The position numbers and the translations under genes are program-made. The notes under the pieces were generated by a model that was given only the letters and a program-made list of their open reading frames with translations, was not told the DNA's origin and did no database searches. Below are positions 25,528 through 35,659 of a DNA stretch of 49,129 bases, in pieces; position 1 is the first letter of the stretch; every line of letters starts with the position of its first letter. This DNA is from Myxococcota bacterium (GTDB lineage Bacteria; Myxococcota; JACRCW01). The DNA lies in NCBI GenBank assembly GCA_040752415.1, contig JBFMGU010000049.1, positions 1 to 49,129 on the forward strand, given 5' to 3'.

Positions 25528-26876
25528 TGACGCAGGAGCAGCTCCGTCTCCTCCACCCACGCCGCGGAGCGTGATTCCAGCACGATGCGCACCACCGGCT
25601 CGGTGTTGGATGGACGGATGCCAAACCAGGAACCATCGCGGAATTGCACGCGCAATCCATCAATGCGGTCGGCTCTTCCGTCGGGAAATGCGCGCTCTAT
25701 CCGATCTTGAAGCGCCGGCAGTGCGTCCTTGGCGACGAGCGGGAGCTTCACCTTGCGCGCGTGGTAATGCGGCAGGGCATTCAGCCGGACACTGAGCGGG
25801 CGGTCCTCCTGCGCCAATGCCTCGAGCACCAGCGCCATCCCGGTCAGGCTATCCCGCCCCATGCACACCGACGGAAGGATGACTCCACCATTGCCCTCGC
25901 CACCAAACGCCACCCGGCCCGCGCGAACCTGGGTGAGGAGGGCGCGTGAGAGGTTGATTTCGCCCACCCTCGTTTCCACCAGCTCCGCGCCGGCATTGCG
26001 GACCACGTCGTCGAGGGCGCGCGTGGTGGACACGTTCTTCACCACCACCACGTCCGCGCGGCCGGCGCGCTGAAGGAGATGCGCCACCACGAGCACCAGC
26101 GTGTAGTCCTCACCGGGGGCCCCGCCCTCGTCGGTGACCAGCGCCAGCCGGTCCGCGTCCAGGTCCAGCGCGAACCCCAGGTCACACCCCTCCTGCCTCA
26201 CGCCGCCACGGAGCTCACCCAGGTTCTCCGGAATGGGCTCGGATTCCCGGCGCGAACGCACCACGGACACGCGACACCCCAGCGCATCCAGCAGCTGCCC
26301 CGCTGGCTCCGCACCTGCTCCGTTCGCGGAGTCCACGGCCACACGGAATCTCCGATGACGGATGCGCTCCACCTCCACCTGCTCCAGGACCCGCTGGACG
26401 TGGCGCGCCACCGCGTCATGGTGATGATCCTCGCAGGTCACGGCCTCTCCGGTGGGCTCTTCTCCGTCGGGGAGCAGGCTCATGAGCTGCTGGGTTTGCG
26501 CACCATCCAGCACGGTGTTGTCTGGTCCCAGGAAGAACTTGAAACCATTCCATTGGCTGGGGTTGTGACTCGCGGTGATGGCCACCGCGCCGTGCGCATG
26601 ACGCTCGCCGAGCGTGAACTGCACCGTGGGGGTCGGCACCACGCCCAGCTCCACGACGTGGAATCCGCTCCCCCGCATGCCCCGCAGCAGGCCTTCCCGC
26701 AAACCTTGCCCGGACTCCCGCGTGTCCCGCCCCACGACGATGACGACGCGCCCGTCGGGATTTCGTTCCCGCACCATGCGCGTGAAGGCGGTGCCGAAGC
26801 GTTGCGCCACGCTCGCGTTGAGCCCATGGCCCACCACGCCGCGAATGCCTGAGTAGCTCACCACCAGCTCGCCCAT
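25512..26876 (-). CDS. Alpha-D-phosphohexomutase (phosphoglucosamine/phosphomannomutase family)
   Basis: SGIRG, GRDTR, ITASHNP (catalytic Ser), DLDADR metal loop, GGEGNGG, IRPSNTEP. ATG 26876. Confidence 0.92.
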   Translation of the reverse strand: MGELVVSYSGIRGVVGHGLNASVAQRFGTAFTRMVRERNPDGRVVIVVGRDTRESGQGLREGLLRGMRGSGFHVVELGVVPTPTVQFTLGERHAHGAVAITASHNPSQWNGFKFFLGPDNTVLDGAQTQQLMSLLPDGEEPTGEAVTCEDHHHDAVARHVQRVLEQVEVERIRHRRFRVAVDSANGAGAEPAGQLLDALGCRVSVVRSRRESEPIPENLGELRGGVRQEGCDLGFALDLDADRLALVTDEGGAPGEDYTLVLVVAHLLQRAGRADVVVVKNVSTTRALDDVVRNAGAELVETRVGEINLSRALLTQVRAGRVAFGGEGNGGVILPSVCMGRDSLTGMALVLEALAQEDRPLSVRLNALPHYHARKVKLPLVAKDALPALQDRIERAFPDGRADRIDGLRVQFRDGSWFGIRPSNTEPVVRIVLESRSAAWVEETELLLRHHWAR

Positions 26877-26886
26877 GAGAGGCTCC

Positions 26887-27669
26887 TCACCTGTCTCGCT
26901 GCCATGACGGCTTGTTGCGCTGCACGGTCCGGTAATAGTCCTGCAAGGTGAGTCGCTCCGCCGCTTCCTCGTCGACAAGTATGGTGGCGTGGGGATGCAG
27001 CTGCAGCGCGGAAGCGGGAACCATGGCGGTGAGCGGTCCCTCCACCATGCGCGCCACGGCGTTGGCCTTGCTGGAACCAAACGCAACCAGCACGCAGCGA
27101 CGCGCCTCCAGGATGGTGCCAATGCCCATGGTGATGACGTGGAGCGGCACGGGTCCATCACCAAAGGCAGCGCGATTGTCCGCGCGCGTGATGCTGGTCA
27201 GCGTCTTGATGCGCGTCCGCGACGCCAGGGACGACGTGGGCTCATTGAATCCGATGTGCCCATCCGACCCGATGCCGAGCAATTGCAGGTCAATCCCACC
27301 CGCGGCCTGGATGTCACGTTCATACTGCGCGCACGCAGCGGGGATGTCCGCGGCGTCGGCGGCGGGAAGGTGGGCGCGAGCGCGGTCCACGTCGACATGC
27401 CGGAAGAAGTGCTCCTCCATGAACGCGTGGTAGGAGCCGGGATGGTCACGCCGGATTCCCACGTATTCATCCAGGTTGAACGTGGTGACGTGGTGAAAGC
27501 TCAGCGCCTCCTCCCGGTGCAAACGCACCAGCTCCGCGTACACGCCCCTCACCGACGCTCCGGTGGCGAGTCCCAGCACGGCATCCGGTTTCGCGCCGAT
27601 GAGCCCAGCCATGGTGCGGGCCGCGTGGCGTGTCACCTCCAGCGGTGTGGGAAGGATGACCACTTCCAA
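26887..27669 (-). CDS. nagB: Glucosamine-6-phosphate deaminase
   Basis: LGLATG, FNLDEY, LGIGSDGHIGFNEP, ITMGIGTI, PASALQLH. TTG start follows GGAG. Confidence 0.95.
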   Translation of the reverse strand: MEVVILPTPLEVTRHAARTMAGLIGAKPDAVLGLATGASVRGVYAELVRLHREEALSFHHVTTFNLDEYVGIRRDHPGSYHAFMEEHFFRHVDVDRARAHLPAADAADIPAACAQYERDIQAAGGIDLQLLGIGSDGHIGFNEPTSSLASRTRIKTLTSITRADNRAAFGDGPVPLHVITMGIGTILEARRCVLVAFGSSKANAVARMVEGPLTAMVPASALQLHPHATILVDEEAAERLTLQDYYRTVQRNKPSWQRDR

Positions 27670-27698
27670 GGCGGCGCTCCCGACGGGATCCAGGGCTC

Positions 27699-28553
27699 CT
27701 ACGTCCCGGGAATGAAACGACGCAGGCGCTCTGCCACATCCCGGGAGAATCGCTGGATGAACCCTTCCGTCCACGCGTCCAGCTCCAGCGTGGAATCACG
27801 GACCAGTGGGGTCAGATCCATGGCGTATTCCACCGCGGAGGCCTGGTCCACGGCGTGGGATTCCAGGAAGGTGGCGTTGCTGCGTTTCCTGCCCGCTGCC
27901 GCCAGGTCGTAGCGTTTGCCACCGGAAATCTGGGAATCAAACACCCGCATCAGCTCCATCATGCGATCATCCTGGCCGCTGACGTCGAGGAGCACCTTGT
28001 CCTCATCCGTGAGCCAGTCCAATCCCCGCCAGACCTCACATCCCAGCACCCGCTCCGGTTGGTGGGAAGCGGAACGCAGTGCCCGGATGAGGTGTGTGGC
28101 CACCGCCACGTGGGTGTCGTGTTTGTCGACGAGGTTGTGCGTGTAGACGAGGCGGGGACGGATGACCTGGAACAACCGGCGAAGGTCCTCCTGCAGTTGC
28201 GGGGCGTGCGGCGTCTTGATGCTGGCGCTCTCATGATCCAGCCAGACCAGCAATCCGTAACGCCCCAGCTGCGCGGCGCGCTTCTGCTCCTGGAGGCGGA
28301 CGTCGCGCATCTGCTGGGACGTGAATTGGGCGTAGGCGCCGGACCGCGGACTGCCACGGCCATCCGTGACGATGACCGCGGCGAAACCCATGGATTCATT
28401 CGTGAGACACCGTTGGATGCCATGCCAGGCCATCAGCTCCACGTCGTCGGCGTGGGCGGCCACGGCAAGGTGCGTGATTCGGGCGGTGGCCTGTTCCCAC
28501 GGGGCGCCGTCGGGAATGAAGACCTGCGCGGAGGGCAATACCGGTTTCAACAT
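27699..28553 (-). CDS. PIG-L/LmbE-family N-deacetylase
   Basis: AHADDVE metal motif, VTDG, R..EQ..AA, THNLVDKHDTH. Confidence 0.88.
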   Translation of the reverse strand: MLKPVLPSAQVFIPDGAPWEQATARITHLAVAAHADDVELMAWHGIQRCLTNESMGFAAVIVTDGRGSPRSGAYAQFTSQQMRDVRLQEQKRAAQLGRYGLLVWLDHESASIKTPHAPQLQEDLRRLFQVIRPRLVYTHNLVDKHDTHVAVATHLIRALRSASHQPERVLGCEVWRGLDWLTDEDKVLLDVSGQDDRMMELMRVFDSQISGGKRYDLAAAGRKRSNATFLESHAVDQASAVEYAMDLTPLVRDSTLELDAWTEGFIQRFSRDVAERLRRFIPGT

Positions 28554-28709
28554 GAAATCAATCTATCACCACGCCCACGCCACATGGACCCCTCGACATC
28601 CGAAACAACCGGCTGTTGACGTCGGGATGACGCTTGCGTTGTGGTTTCTCTCGTCGTAAGGAAGAGCCACCGCTGCGACGAATCGACAGCGTTTCCTGGG
28701 GGCTGAATC

Positions 28710-29102
28710 ATGCCGCAATCCACGAAGGATCTCGCGTTGGGAGTTCAGGCGATTGTTTCCGAGGCCATGGCGCAGGTCCGCGGCCTCATCCGTGAAACGT
28801 TGCACCGGGAGCTGGGCAACGTGATTCCGGATGGGGAAAGAAAAGCGCGTGCCGGCCGCGGTGCGGTGAAGGCACGCAAGACCACGGCTCGTCGGAAGGC
28901 GACGGGGAGGGCGGTTTCCGGTGAGAAGCTGGACGCGCTGGTGAAACTGGTTTCCCGCCAGGGCGAGGTTGTGCCGAAGGAGGCACGCAAGACGCTGAAG
29001 CTCACGCCGGCACAGATGCAGGTGTTGGCGCGTCAGGCCGCGGCGCAGAAGATGATTGGAATCCGCGGCGCGGGTCGTGGCACGCGGTACGTGAAACGCT
29101 GA
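28710..29102 (+). CDS. Small basic protein, putative DNA-binding (C-terminal winged-helix-like)
   Basis: Helical N-terminus, K/R/A-rich linker, C-terminal helices ending IGIRGAGRGTRY. Confidence 0.6.
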   Translation: MPQSTKDLALGVQAIVSEAMAQVRGLIRETLHRELGNVIPDGERKARAGRGAVKARKTTARRKATGRAVSGEKLDALVKLVSRQGEVVPKEARKTLKLTPAQMQVLARQAAAQKMIGIRGAGRGTRYVKR

Positions 29103-29399
29103 CGGCGCTGTTCTTTGGGGCCGGCATCCCGTGGCGGCCGGGTTTGTGATTTTCGTGTCCTGCAACCCAGACCGCATCGGCCCGAGCAAGAGCGGCACTG
29201 CATGCCGCAGTCCGAAGGTGCGGCCACGTTCGTCACCGTGAACGGGTTGCCGCACGTTCCACGACGTCGGCGGGTGCGGGCTGTCGTAACCAGCGAAGAC
29301 AAGTGGTGCCCGCGCCCTTTCGGACTGCGGTATGCAGTACCGCTTTGGCTCCGGTCAACGGAGTTGAACCCGACCCGAAAGATCCAAGCGACGACGCTT

Positions 29400-30386
29400 T
29401 CAATGGGATCCGCGGTGATGCGAGTGGTGCTCGTGATGCTCGTGATGCACGTCGTGCTCATGCCGCATCTCGCGCTCCGCCGGCGTCAGCAGCGGACAGA
29501 ACGCCTGCTCACACGGCCCTTCGTCCTCCACCTGCAGCGTGGTGTGACGCACCTGGAACCTATCGACGAGAAGGTCCTCCGCGCGCTCCCGCACCCCGTG
29601 CACGTGCGCATCCGCGGCAATGGTCAGGTGCGCGCTCACCACCGGGTCCACTCCATTGAGCGTCCACACGTGCAGCTCGTGCACCCCGGAAACGCCATCC
29701 ACCGCCAGCAGCTCGCGCTCCAACGCGTCCACGTCCAGGCCCCGTGGAGCGAACTGCAGCAGCACGTGCATGGTGTCGCCCACCAGGCGCCAGGATGACC
29801 AGAGGATGAGCGCCGCGGTCAGCATGCTGGCCACCGCATCCGCCGACGTCATTCCCGCCTTCAGGATGAGCACCGCCGCCACCACCGCGCCCACCGAGCC
29901 CAACGCATCCGCGAGCACGTGCGCCAGCGCGGCGCGGACGTTGAGGTTCTGCTTGCTGGAGGCATGGAGCTGCCAGGCGCTGACCAGGTTCACTCCCAGC
30001 CCCAGCAGACCCACGACGAGAACCGGCATGCCGGGCACGTCCTCCGGCTCCACGCGCAGTCGGTCCATGGCCTCCCAGACAATGCCGCCCGCGGCCACCA
30101 CCAGGCCCAGCCCGTTGAGCAACCCGCCCACCACCTCGGCGCGCACCAGCCCGAAGCTGCGGTTGGGCGTGGCGGGGCGCGTGGCGATGTAGGCGGCCCC
30201 CAGGGCCAAGGCCAGGGCGGCGGTGTCGCTGACCATGTGCGCGGCGTCGGACAGGAGCGCCAGCGACGAGGTGGCAAACCCCACCGCCGCCTCCACGACG
30301 AGAAACGCCGCCGTCAGGAGCAGCGACCTGCGGAGCGGGACCACCGAGTCCAGCGGTGTCTCGGCGTGGACGTGCCCTCTGCCCAT
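29400..30386 (-). CDS. Cation diffusion facilitator (Zn/Co/Cd efflux, CzcD/ZitB family) with His-rich tail
   Basis: SLALLSDAAHMVSD, NLNVRAALAHVLADALGS, VHELHVW, HTTLQVE; C-terminus HEHDVHHEHHEHHSHH. Confidence 0.93.
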   Translation of the reverse strand: MGRGHVHAETPLDSVVPLRRSLLLTAAFLVVEAAVGFATSSLALLSDAAHMVSDTAALALALGAAYIATRPATPNRSFGLVRAEVVGGLLNGLGLVVAAGGIVWEAMDRLRVEPEDVPGMPVLVVGLLGLGVNLVSAWQLHASSKQNLNVRAALAHVLADALGSVGAVVAAVLILKAGMTSADAVASMLTAALILWSSWRLVGDTMHVLLQFAPRGLDVDALERELLAVDGVSGVHELHVWTLNGVDPVVSAHLTIAADAHVHGVRERAEDLLVDRFQVRHTTLQVEDEGPCEQAFCPLLTPAEREMRHEHDVHHEHHEHHSHHRGSH

Positions 30387-30585
30387 GCCCGGTTATGCGG
30401 TTGTTGTCCTCGGAGCGCACGGTGCGTCAGCGGACCCGTCCACGCTCGCGCGCCTGAGCACGGACGACGACGGTGGAATGCCGCGTGCAGCCGTGCCACA
30501 AGAGATTCCCGAATCGCTCCGAGGGACACGCAACGGGTGCGTGGCGCGGGGCGGGCTCGCGCATTGTCTGCGTCCAAGGAGACCC

Positions 30586-32226
30586 ATGGCTTACCTGCAC
30601 GGTGGACGGGTGGTGGCAAAGGCACTCAAGCGCGAAGGGGTCAGTCACCTCTTCACGCTCTGCGGTGGACACATCCAGGCGATCTACGACGGCTGCATCG
30701 ACGAGGACATCCGCGTCGTCGACACGCGCCATGAGCAGACCGCCGGACACGCCGCCGACGGGTGGGCGCGCGCCACCGGCAAGCCCGGCGTGTGCGCGGT
30801 GACCGCGGGTCCCGGCGTCACCGACGTGGTCACCGCGGTGGCCAATGCGCAGCGCGCCGGCGTGCCCATGCTCATCATCGGCGGAGCCGGTCCGCGCATG
30901 TTCAAGCACATGGGGTCCTTGCAGGACATGGATCACGTGGAGCTGATGCGTCCCATCACCAAGTGGTCCGCCACGGTGACCACGACGGCGCGCGCCGCGG
31001 AATACGTGGCCACCGCGTTCCGCATTGCCACCACCGGCGTGCCCGGACCGGTGTTCCTGGAGATGCCGCTGGACCTCCTCATGGACAACGCCGACGAAGA
31101 CGAGGTGGTCTGGCCCCGGAACTACCGCACCGAGGCCCGTCCCGCGGGTGACGAGGCCGCCATCTCCGCCGCCGCGGACCTGCTTGCCTCCGCGGAGCGT
31201 CCCGTCCTCATCATCGGCTCGCAGATCCGCTGGAGCCGCAACGCGCAGGCGCTGCACCAGCTCCTTGAGGGCTACGCCGGGCCGGTGTTCCTCAACGGCA
31301 TGGCGCGTGGCCAGCTCCCGCCGGGGCATCCGTGCCTGTTCTCCCAGACGCGCAAGCAGGCGCTCTCCCGTGCCGACGTGGTGCTGGTGTGCGGCACGCC
31401 CTTTGACTTCCGCCTGGGCTACGGCAAGCCCCCCACCATCCCCGACGAGGTGAAGCTCATCCAGGTGGATCTGGACGGCGCGGAGATTGGCCGCAACCGC
31501 GGCCATGACGTGGGCATCCACGCCGACACCGGGCTGGTCCTGGAGGCTCTCGCGCGCAGGCTCAAGGGCACCTCGTCGGCGCGGCAGGAGTGGCTCGCGG
31601 AGATGCGCACCGTCGAGGAGAAGCGCCAGGCGGACATCCGCAGGGAGATGGAGACGCCGGGGGATCCGCCCAACCCGCTGCGCGTGTGCGCGGAGGTCAA
31701 CCGGTTCCTCAAGGAGGACACCATCGTCATCGGCGACGGCGGCGACTTCGTGGCGACGGCGGCGTACACGCTGTCCATCTCCAGGCCGGGCTGCTGGATG
31801 GACCCCGGACCGCTGGGCACGCTCGGCGTGGGACCGGGCTACGCCATGGCCGCCAAGCTGGCCCATCCCAGCCGTGACGTCGTCATCATGTACGGCGACG
31901 GCTCCTTTGGTCTGCACGCCATGGAGTTCGAGGCCATGGCCCGTCAGGGCATCCGCGTCGTGGCGATCATTGGCAATGACGCGGCCTGGACCCAGATCCG
32001 TCGCGGTCAGGTGGACCTCTACGGGGAGGAGCGGGCCCTGGCCACGCAGCTGGCGTACACGCGCTACGACGAGGTGGTGAAGCCCCTGGGCTGTCACGGC
32101 GAATACGTGGAGCGCCTGGCCGACCTGGGCCCCGCGCTGCAACGCGCCTTCAACGCCAAAGTGCCCGCGGCGGTGAACGTGAAGATCGGCGCCAGCGAGT
32201 TCCGCAAGAACGCCATCTCCGTCTGA
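30586..32226 (+). CDS. Thiamine diphosphate-dependent enzyme (acetolactate synthase-like / 2-hydroxyacyl-CoA lyase-like)
   Basis: AAGGAG RBS; LFTLCGGH, RHEQTAGHAADG, TAGPG, GTLGVG, GDGSFG...GND. Confidence 0.9.
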   Translation: MAYLHGGRVVAKALKREGVSHLFTLCGGHIQAIYDGCIDEDIRVVDTRHEQTAGHAADGWARATGKPGVCAVTAGPGVTDVVTAVANAQRAGVPMLIIGGAGPRMFKHMGSLQDMDHVELMRPITKWSATVTTTARAAEYVATAFRIATTGVPGPVFLEMPLDLLMDNADEDEVVWPRNYRTEARPAGDEAAISAAADLLASAERPVLIIGSQIRWSRNAQALHQLLEGYAGPVFLNGMARGQLPPGHPCLFSQTRKQALSRADVVLVCGTPFDFRLGYGKPPTIPDEVKLIQVDLDGAEIGRNRGHDVGIHADTGLVLEALARRLKGTSSARQEWLAEMRTVEEKRQADIRREMETPGDPPNPLRVCAEVNRFLKEDTIVIGDGGDFVATAAYTLSISRPGCWMDPGPLGTLGVGPGYAMAAKLAHPSRDVVIMYGDGSFGLHAMEFEAMARQGIRVVAIIGNDAAWTQIRRGQVDLYGEERALATQLAYTRYDEVVKPLGCHGEYVERLADLGPALQRAFNAKVPAAVNVKIGASEFRKNAISV

Positions 32227-32267
32227 AAACGCGCGTGTGTGCCCGGCCCGGTGTTAGACCTGTGAGC

Positions 32268-32729
32268 ATGCGGCGCGTCTTGTTCCTGCTCCTCCTTGCT
32301 GCTTGCACCGATTCCTCCGGCGGTACGGATGCCGGTGGCTCCTCGTCGGTGGGGATGGATGCCTCGTCGGGGCGGGATGCCGCGGGGACCACGGATGCCG
32401 CGGTGACGACGGATGCCGCGGTGACGGATGCCGCGGGCAGCGGCGCGGTGTGCTCGTTCAACCGGGAATGTCCAACGTCGGAGCGTTGTGAGTGCGACGA
32501 GGCCACCGGGTGCTTCTGTCGCACCGGGGCGCGCGGGACGGGGCAAGTGGGTGTGGACACCTGCACCAGCGGGAATGACTGCCAGAGCGCGGTGTGCGTG
32601 GAAGGACCGGGCGGGGTCTTCTACTGCTCGGATGAGTGTGGAGACGCTGGGGATTGCCAGGGCAATTTGCCCATCTGCGCCGACATCGCCTTTGTGGGGC
32701 GGATCTGCATTCGCGATCCCAACGGCTGA
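32268..32729 (+). CDS. Cys-rich lipoprotein
   Basis: MRRVLFLLLLAAC lipobox, DAG/DAA-rich linker, Cys-rich C-terminus. Confidence 0.75.
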   Translation: MRRVLFLLLLAACTDSSGGTDAGGSSSVGMDASSGRDAAGTTDAAVTTDAAVTDAAGSGAVCSFNRECPTSERCECDEATGCFCRTGARGTGQVGVDTCTSGNDCQSAVCVEGPGGVFYCSDECGDAGDCQGNLPICADIAFVGRICIRDPNG

Positions 32730-32769
32730 AAACTCCACCGCGGCCCCGGTTCCGCTCTAGCTTGTGCTC

Positions 32770-33477
32770 ATGGCGCGTGTGTACCTGGGCACGTCCGGGT
32801 TCTCCTACAAGGAGTGGAGTCCCGCGTTCTACCCGGCGGACCTCTCGGACAAGGAGTATCTCCGCCACTACGCCTCGCGGCTCGACGCCGTGGAGATGGA
32901 TTCCACCTTCTACCGGATGCCCAACCGCAAGACGATTGATGGTTGGATTGCCACCACGCCGGAGACGTTCCGCTTCGCGTTGAAGTGCTCCCAGAAGGTC
33001 ACGCACGTGGAGCGGTTGAAGCTCCCCTCGGAAACCATGGCCTATTGGCTGCGGACCATCCCGCTGCTGGGCGCGCGGCTGGGCGTGGTGCTCTACCAGC
33101 TGGCGCCGTCGTTCAAGCGTGACGTGGACCGCTTGCGCGCCTTCCTGGCCGAGCTGCCGCAAAGCCCGCGCAGTGCGTTCGAGTTCCGCGACGCCTCCTG
33201 GTTCACGCCGGAGATCTACGCCCTGCTCGAGCAGCACCGCGTGGGCCTGTGCATCAACGACGAGGACGGTCACGCCACCCCTGTGGAGCTCACCTCCGAC
33301 GTCACCTACGTGCGCCTGCGTCGCGAGCAGTACTCCGCGGAGGAGCGCGGGATGTGGCGGGAACGCCTGCGGGGTTGGGCCACGCGCGGCGTCGAGGTGT
33401 TCGCCTTCGTGAAGCACGAGGAGAATCCCGACGCGCCGCTGGACGCGCTGCAGTTCGCCCAGGGCCTCAACGGCTGA
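32770..33477 (+). CDS. DUF72-family protein
   Basis: GTSGFSY..W...FYP, VEMDSTFY..P, FEFR..SW, YVRLR. Confidence 0.92.
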   Translation: MARVYLGTSGFSYKEWSPAFYPADLSDKEYLRHYASRLDAVEMDSTFYRMPNRKTIDGWIATTPETFRFALKCSQKVTHVERLKLPSETMAYWLRTIPLLGARLGVVLYQLAPSFKRDVDRLRAFLAELPQSPRSAFEFRDASWFTPEIYALLEQHRVGLCINDEDGHATPVELTSDVTYVRLRREQYSAEERGMWRERLRGWATRGVEVFAFVKHEENPDAPLDALQFAQGLNG

Positions 33478-33589
33478 TCCGCAACCGGACCGGGATGAAG
33501 CGTGGTTGGTCCCCGTCGCTGCGGATCTCCGTGGATCCATGACCCGCGAATGTGTTCCACTGTGCGAGCACGTTGCTCGGGAGGTGCAC

Positions 33590-33766
33590 ATGGACACGGA
33601 CCGGAACGGGCACTTCATCCTTCCCCCGCTGCTGACGGAGGAGGAGCTGCGCGCGCACGAAATGCGTCTCAAGCGGAAGGCCGCCCGGGCGGGGACGCTG
33701 CCGTACCTGCGCCTGGTGCCGTCGTGGGACGGCGCGGAGCCGGACAAGCCCAGCGGGGAGCGCTGA
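33590..33766 (+). CDS. Small hypothetical protein (58 aa)
   Basis: Strong GGAGGT RBS before ATG 33590; fills the gap between co-oriented genes. Confidence 0.5.
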   Translation: MDTDRNGHFILPPLLTEEELRAHEMRLKRKAARAGTLPYLRLVPSWDGAEPDKPSGER

Positions 33767-33841
33767 GGCTTTCGGGTCAACGCGTTCCGTCGGACCGTGG
33801 GCTTCCCGCGTCCGCGGTGGTACCAAGGTGGCGCCGCCCGC

Positions 33842-34489
33842 ATGGAAGCCCACGTCTACACCGAGCCGCAGAAACACATCATCATTGACGGTTTCCTCGA
33901 CGAGACCATGCTCGCGCGTGCGCTCGAGGAGATCCTCTCGCTGGAGCCCCATCTCACGCAGGGCCGGGTGGTGAACCAGGGCCAGGAGAAACAGAACAGC
34001 TTCACCAAGCGCAACCTCAACCTCTGGCTGGATGACCACTACCGCGGCGCGCGCGAAGCCTCGTTCCTGCTCAGCGTGTTTCAAGAGCACTTCTGGTCGG
34101 AGCCGGTGCGCGCGGCGCTGAAGGCCACCGGGGACCTCCTGTTCGAGTACGTCAACCACGCCAACCGGGACTGCTCGCTGCTCAGCGCGTACGGCCACGG
34201 GGACTACTACCACGACCATCCCGACGAGTTTCCCTCCCTCACCGCCAACCTGTTCATCTCCACCAGCCCCAAGCGCTTCACCGGCGGGGATTTCTTCCTG
34301 GCCAACACCAGCTTCTTCGAGCCCAGGCGCATCCGTCGGGACAAGCGCATCGAGTTCGTGCCCGGGCGCCTGGTGATCTTCCCCAGCCGCACGCGCCATC
34401 ACGTCGACAAGGTGGTGCTCCCCGACAACGCGTTCCGGCACCGCCGCTTCTCGGTGCAGTACTGGCCAAGCTTCGTGGCCACGCCGTGA
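33842..34489 (+). CDS. 2-oxoglutarate/Fe(II)-dependent oxygenase (prolyl-hydroxylase-like)
   Basis: YYHDHPD (HxD), FTGGDF, LVIFPS...HHV, RFSV. Confidence 0.85.
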   Translation: MEAHVYTEPQKHIIIDGFLDETMLARALEEILSLEPHLTQGRVVNQGQEKQNSFTKRNLNLWLDDHYRGAREASFLLSVFQEHFWSEPVRAALKATGDLLFEYVNHANRDCSLLSAYGHGDYYHDHPDEFPSLTANLFISTSPKRFTGGDFFLANTSFFEPRRIRRDKRIEFVPGRLVIFPSRTRHHVDKVVLPDNAFRHRRFSVQYWPSFVATP

Positions 34490-34588
34490 AGGAGCGCGCG
34501 CCCCAGCTTGGGGGCGGGTTGGACCGCCGCCACGCTCCCCGTTAACTCCTCGCTGTCCACGACGTCGTGGTGAGCGGTGGAGTGGGCC

Positions 34589-35659
34589 ATGCGGATTGCG
34601 CAGGTGGCGCCCTTGTTCGAGAGCGTGCCGCCCCGTCGCTACGGCGGGACGGAGCGCGTGGTCTCCTACCTGACGGAAGGCCTGGTGGCGCGGGGACACG
34701 CGGTCACCCTCTTCGCCAGCGCGGACTCGGTCACGTCCGCGGAGCTGGTGGCCTACCCATTGACGTCGCTGCGCAACCAGAAGGTGTCCGTGGACCACGG
34801 GCTGCACCAGCAGCTTCTGCTCGAGCGCGTCTTCGCCATGGCCAGCGCGTTCGACGTCATCCACTTCCACATCGACTACCAGCAGTACCCGCTCGCCTGT
34901 CGCCAGCGCACCGCGTTCCTCACCACGTGCCACGGTCGCATGGACCTGCACGACTACCCGTTCCTGTTCCGCCAGTTCCCCCACGTCCCGCTGGTCTCCA
35001 TCTCCGACGCGCAGCGCGCCCCGCTCAGGCACCTCAACTGGGTGGCCACCGTGCACCACGGCCTGCCGGAGGACCTCTACCGTCCCACCTTCCAGGCCGG
35101 TGGCTACCTGTGTCTCCTCGGGCGCGTGGCGCCGGAGAAGGGCGTGGAGGACGCCATCGCCATTGCGCGTCGCACCGGCATCCCGTTGCGGATTGCGGCC
35201 AAGGTGGGACCGCCGGACGCGGCGTATTTCCAGTCGCTGCGCAAGGAGCTGACCCCGCCGCTTGTCGAGTTCGTGGGGGAGGTGGATGACCGCCAGAAGA
35301 ACGAGCTGCTGGGCGGTGCGCTGGCGCTCCTGATGCCGGTCCACTGGCCGGAGCCCTTTGGCCTGGTCATGATCGAGGCCATGGCGTGCGGCACGCCGGT
35401 CATTGCCTACCGCGCCGGGAGCGTGCCGGAGGTGGTGGAGGACGGCGTCACCGGCTTCATCTGCAACGGGCTGGAGGAGGCGGTGCGGGCCGTGTCCCGT
35501 CTGTCCACCCTCTCGCGCGTGGTGGTGCGGGAGCGTTTCCGGGAGCGGTTCTCTGTCGCGCGCATGGTGGATGGCTACCTCTCCGCGTACGCCCGTGTCG
35601 TCGAGCAGCCGGCGCGGGCGCGGACAGGCGGGGATGAGGCTCCCTCATGGACGACGTGA
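34589..35659 (+). CDS. Glycosyltransferase family 4
   Basis: MRIAQVAPL..SVPP..YGGTERVV, GRVAPEKG, WPEPFGLVMIEAMACGTPV. Confidence 0.94.
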   Translation: MRIAQVAPLFESVPPRRYGGTERVVSYLTEGLVARGHAVTLFASADSVTSAELVAYPLTSLRNQKVSVDHGLHQQLLLERVFAMASAFDVIHFHIDYQQYPLACRQRTAFLTTCHGRMDLHDYPFLFRQFPHVPLVSISDAQRAPLRHLNWVATVHHGLPEDLYRPTFQAGGYLCLLGRVAPEKGVEDAIAIARRTGIPLRIAAKVGPPDAAYFQSLRKELTPPLVEFVGEVDDRQKNELLGGALALLMPVHWPEPFGLVMIEAMACGTPVIAYRAGSVPEVVEDGVTGFICNGLEEAVRAVSRLSTLSRVVVRERFRERFSVARMVDGYLSAYARVVEQPARARTGGDEAPSWTT

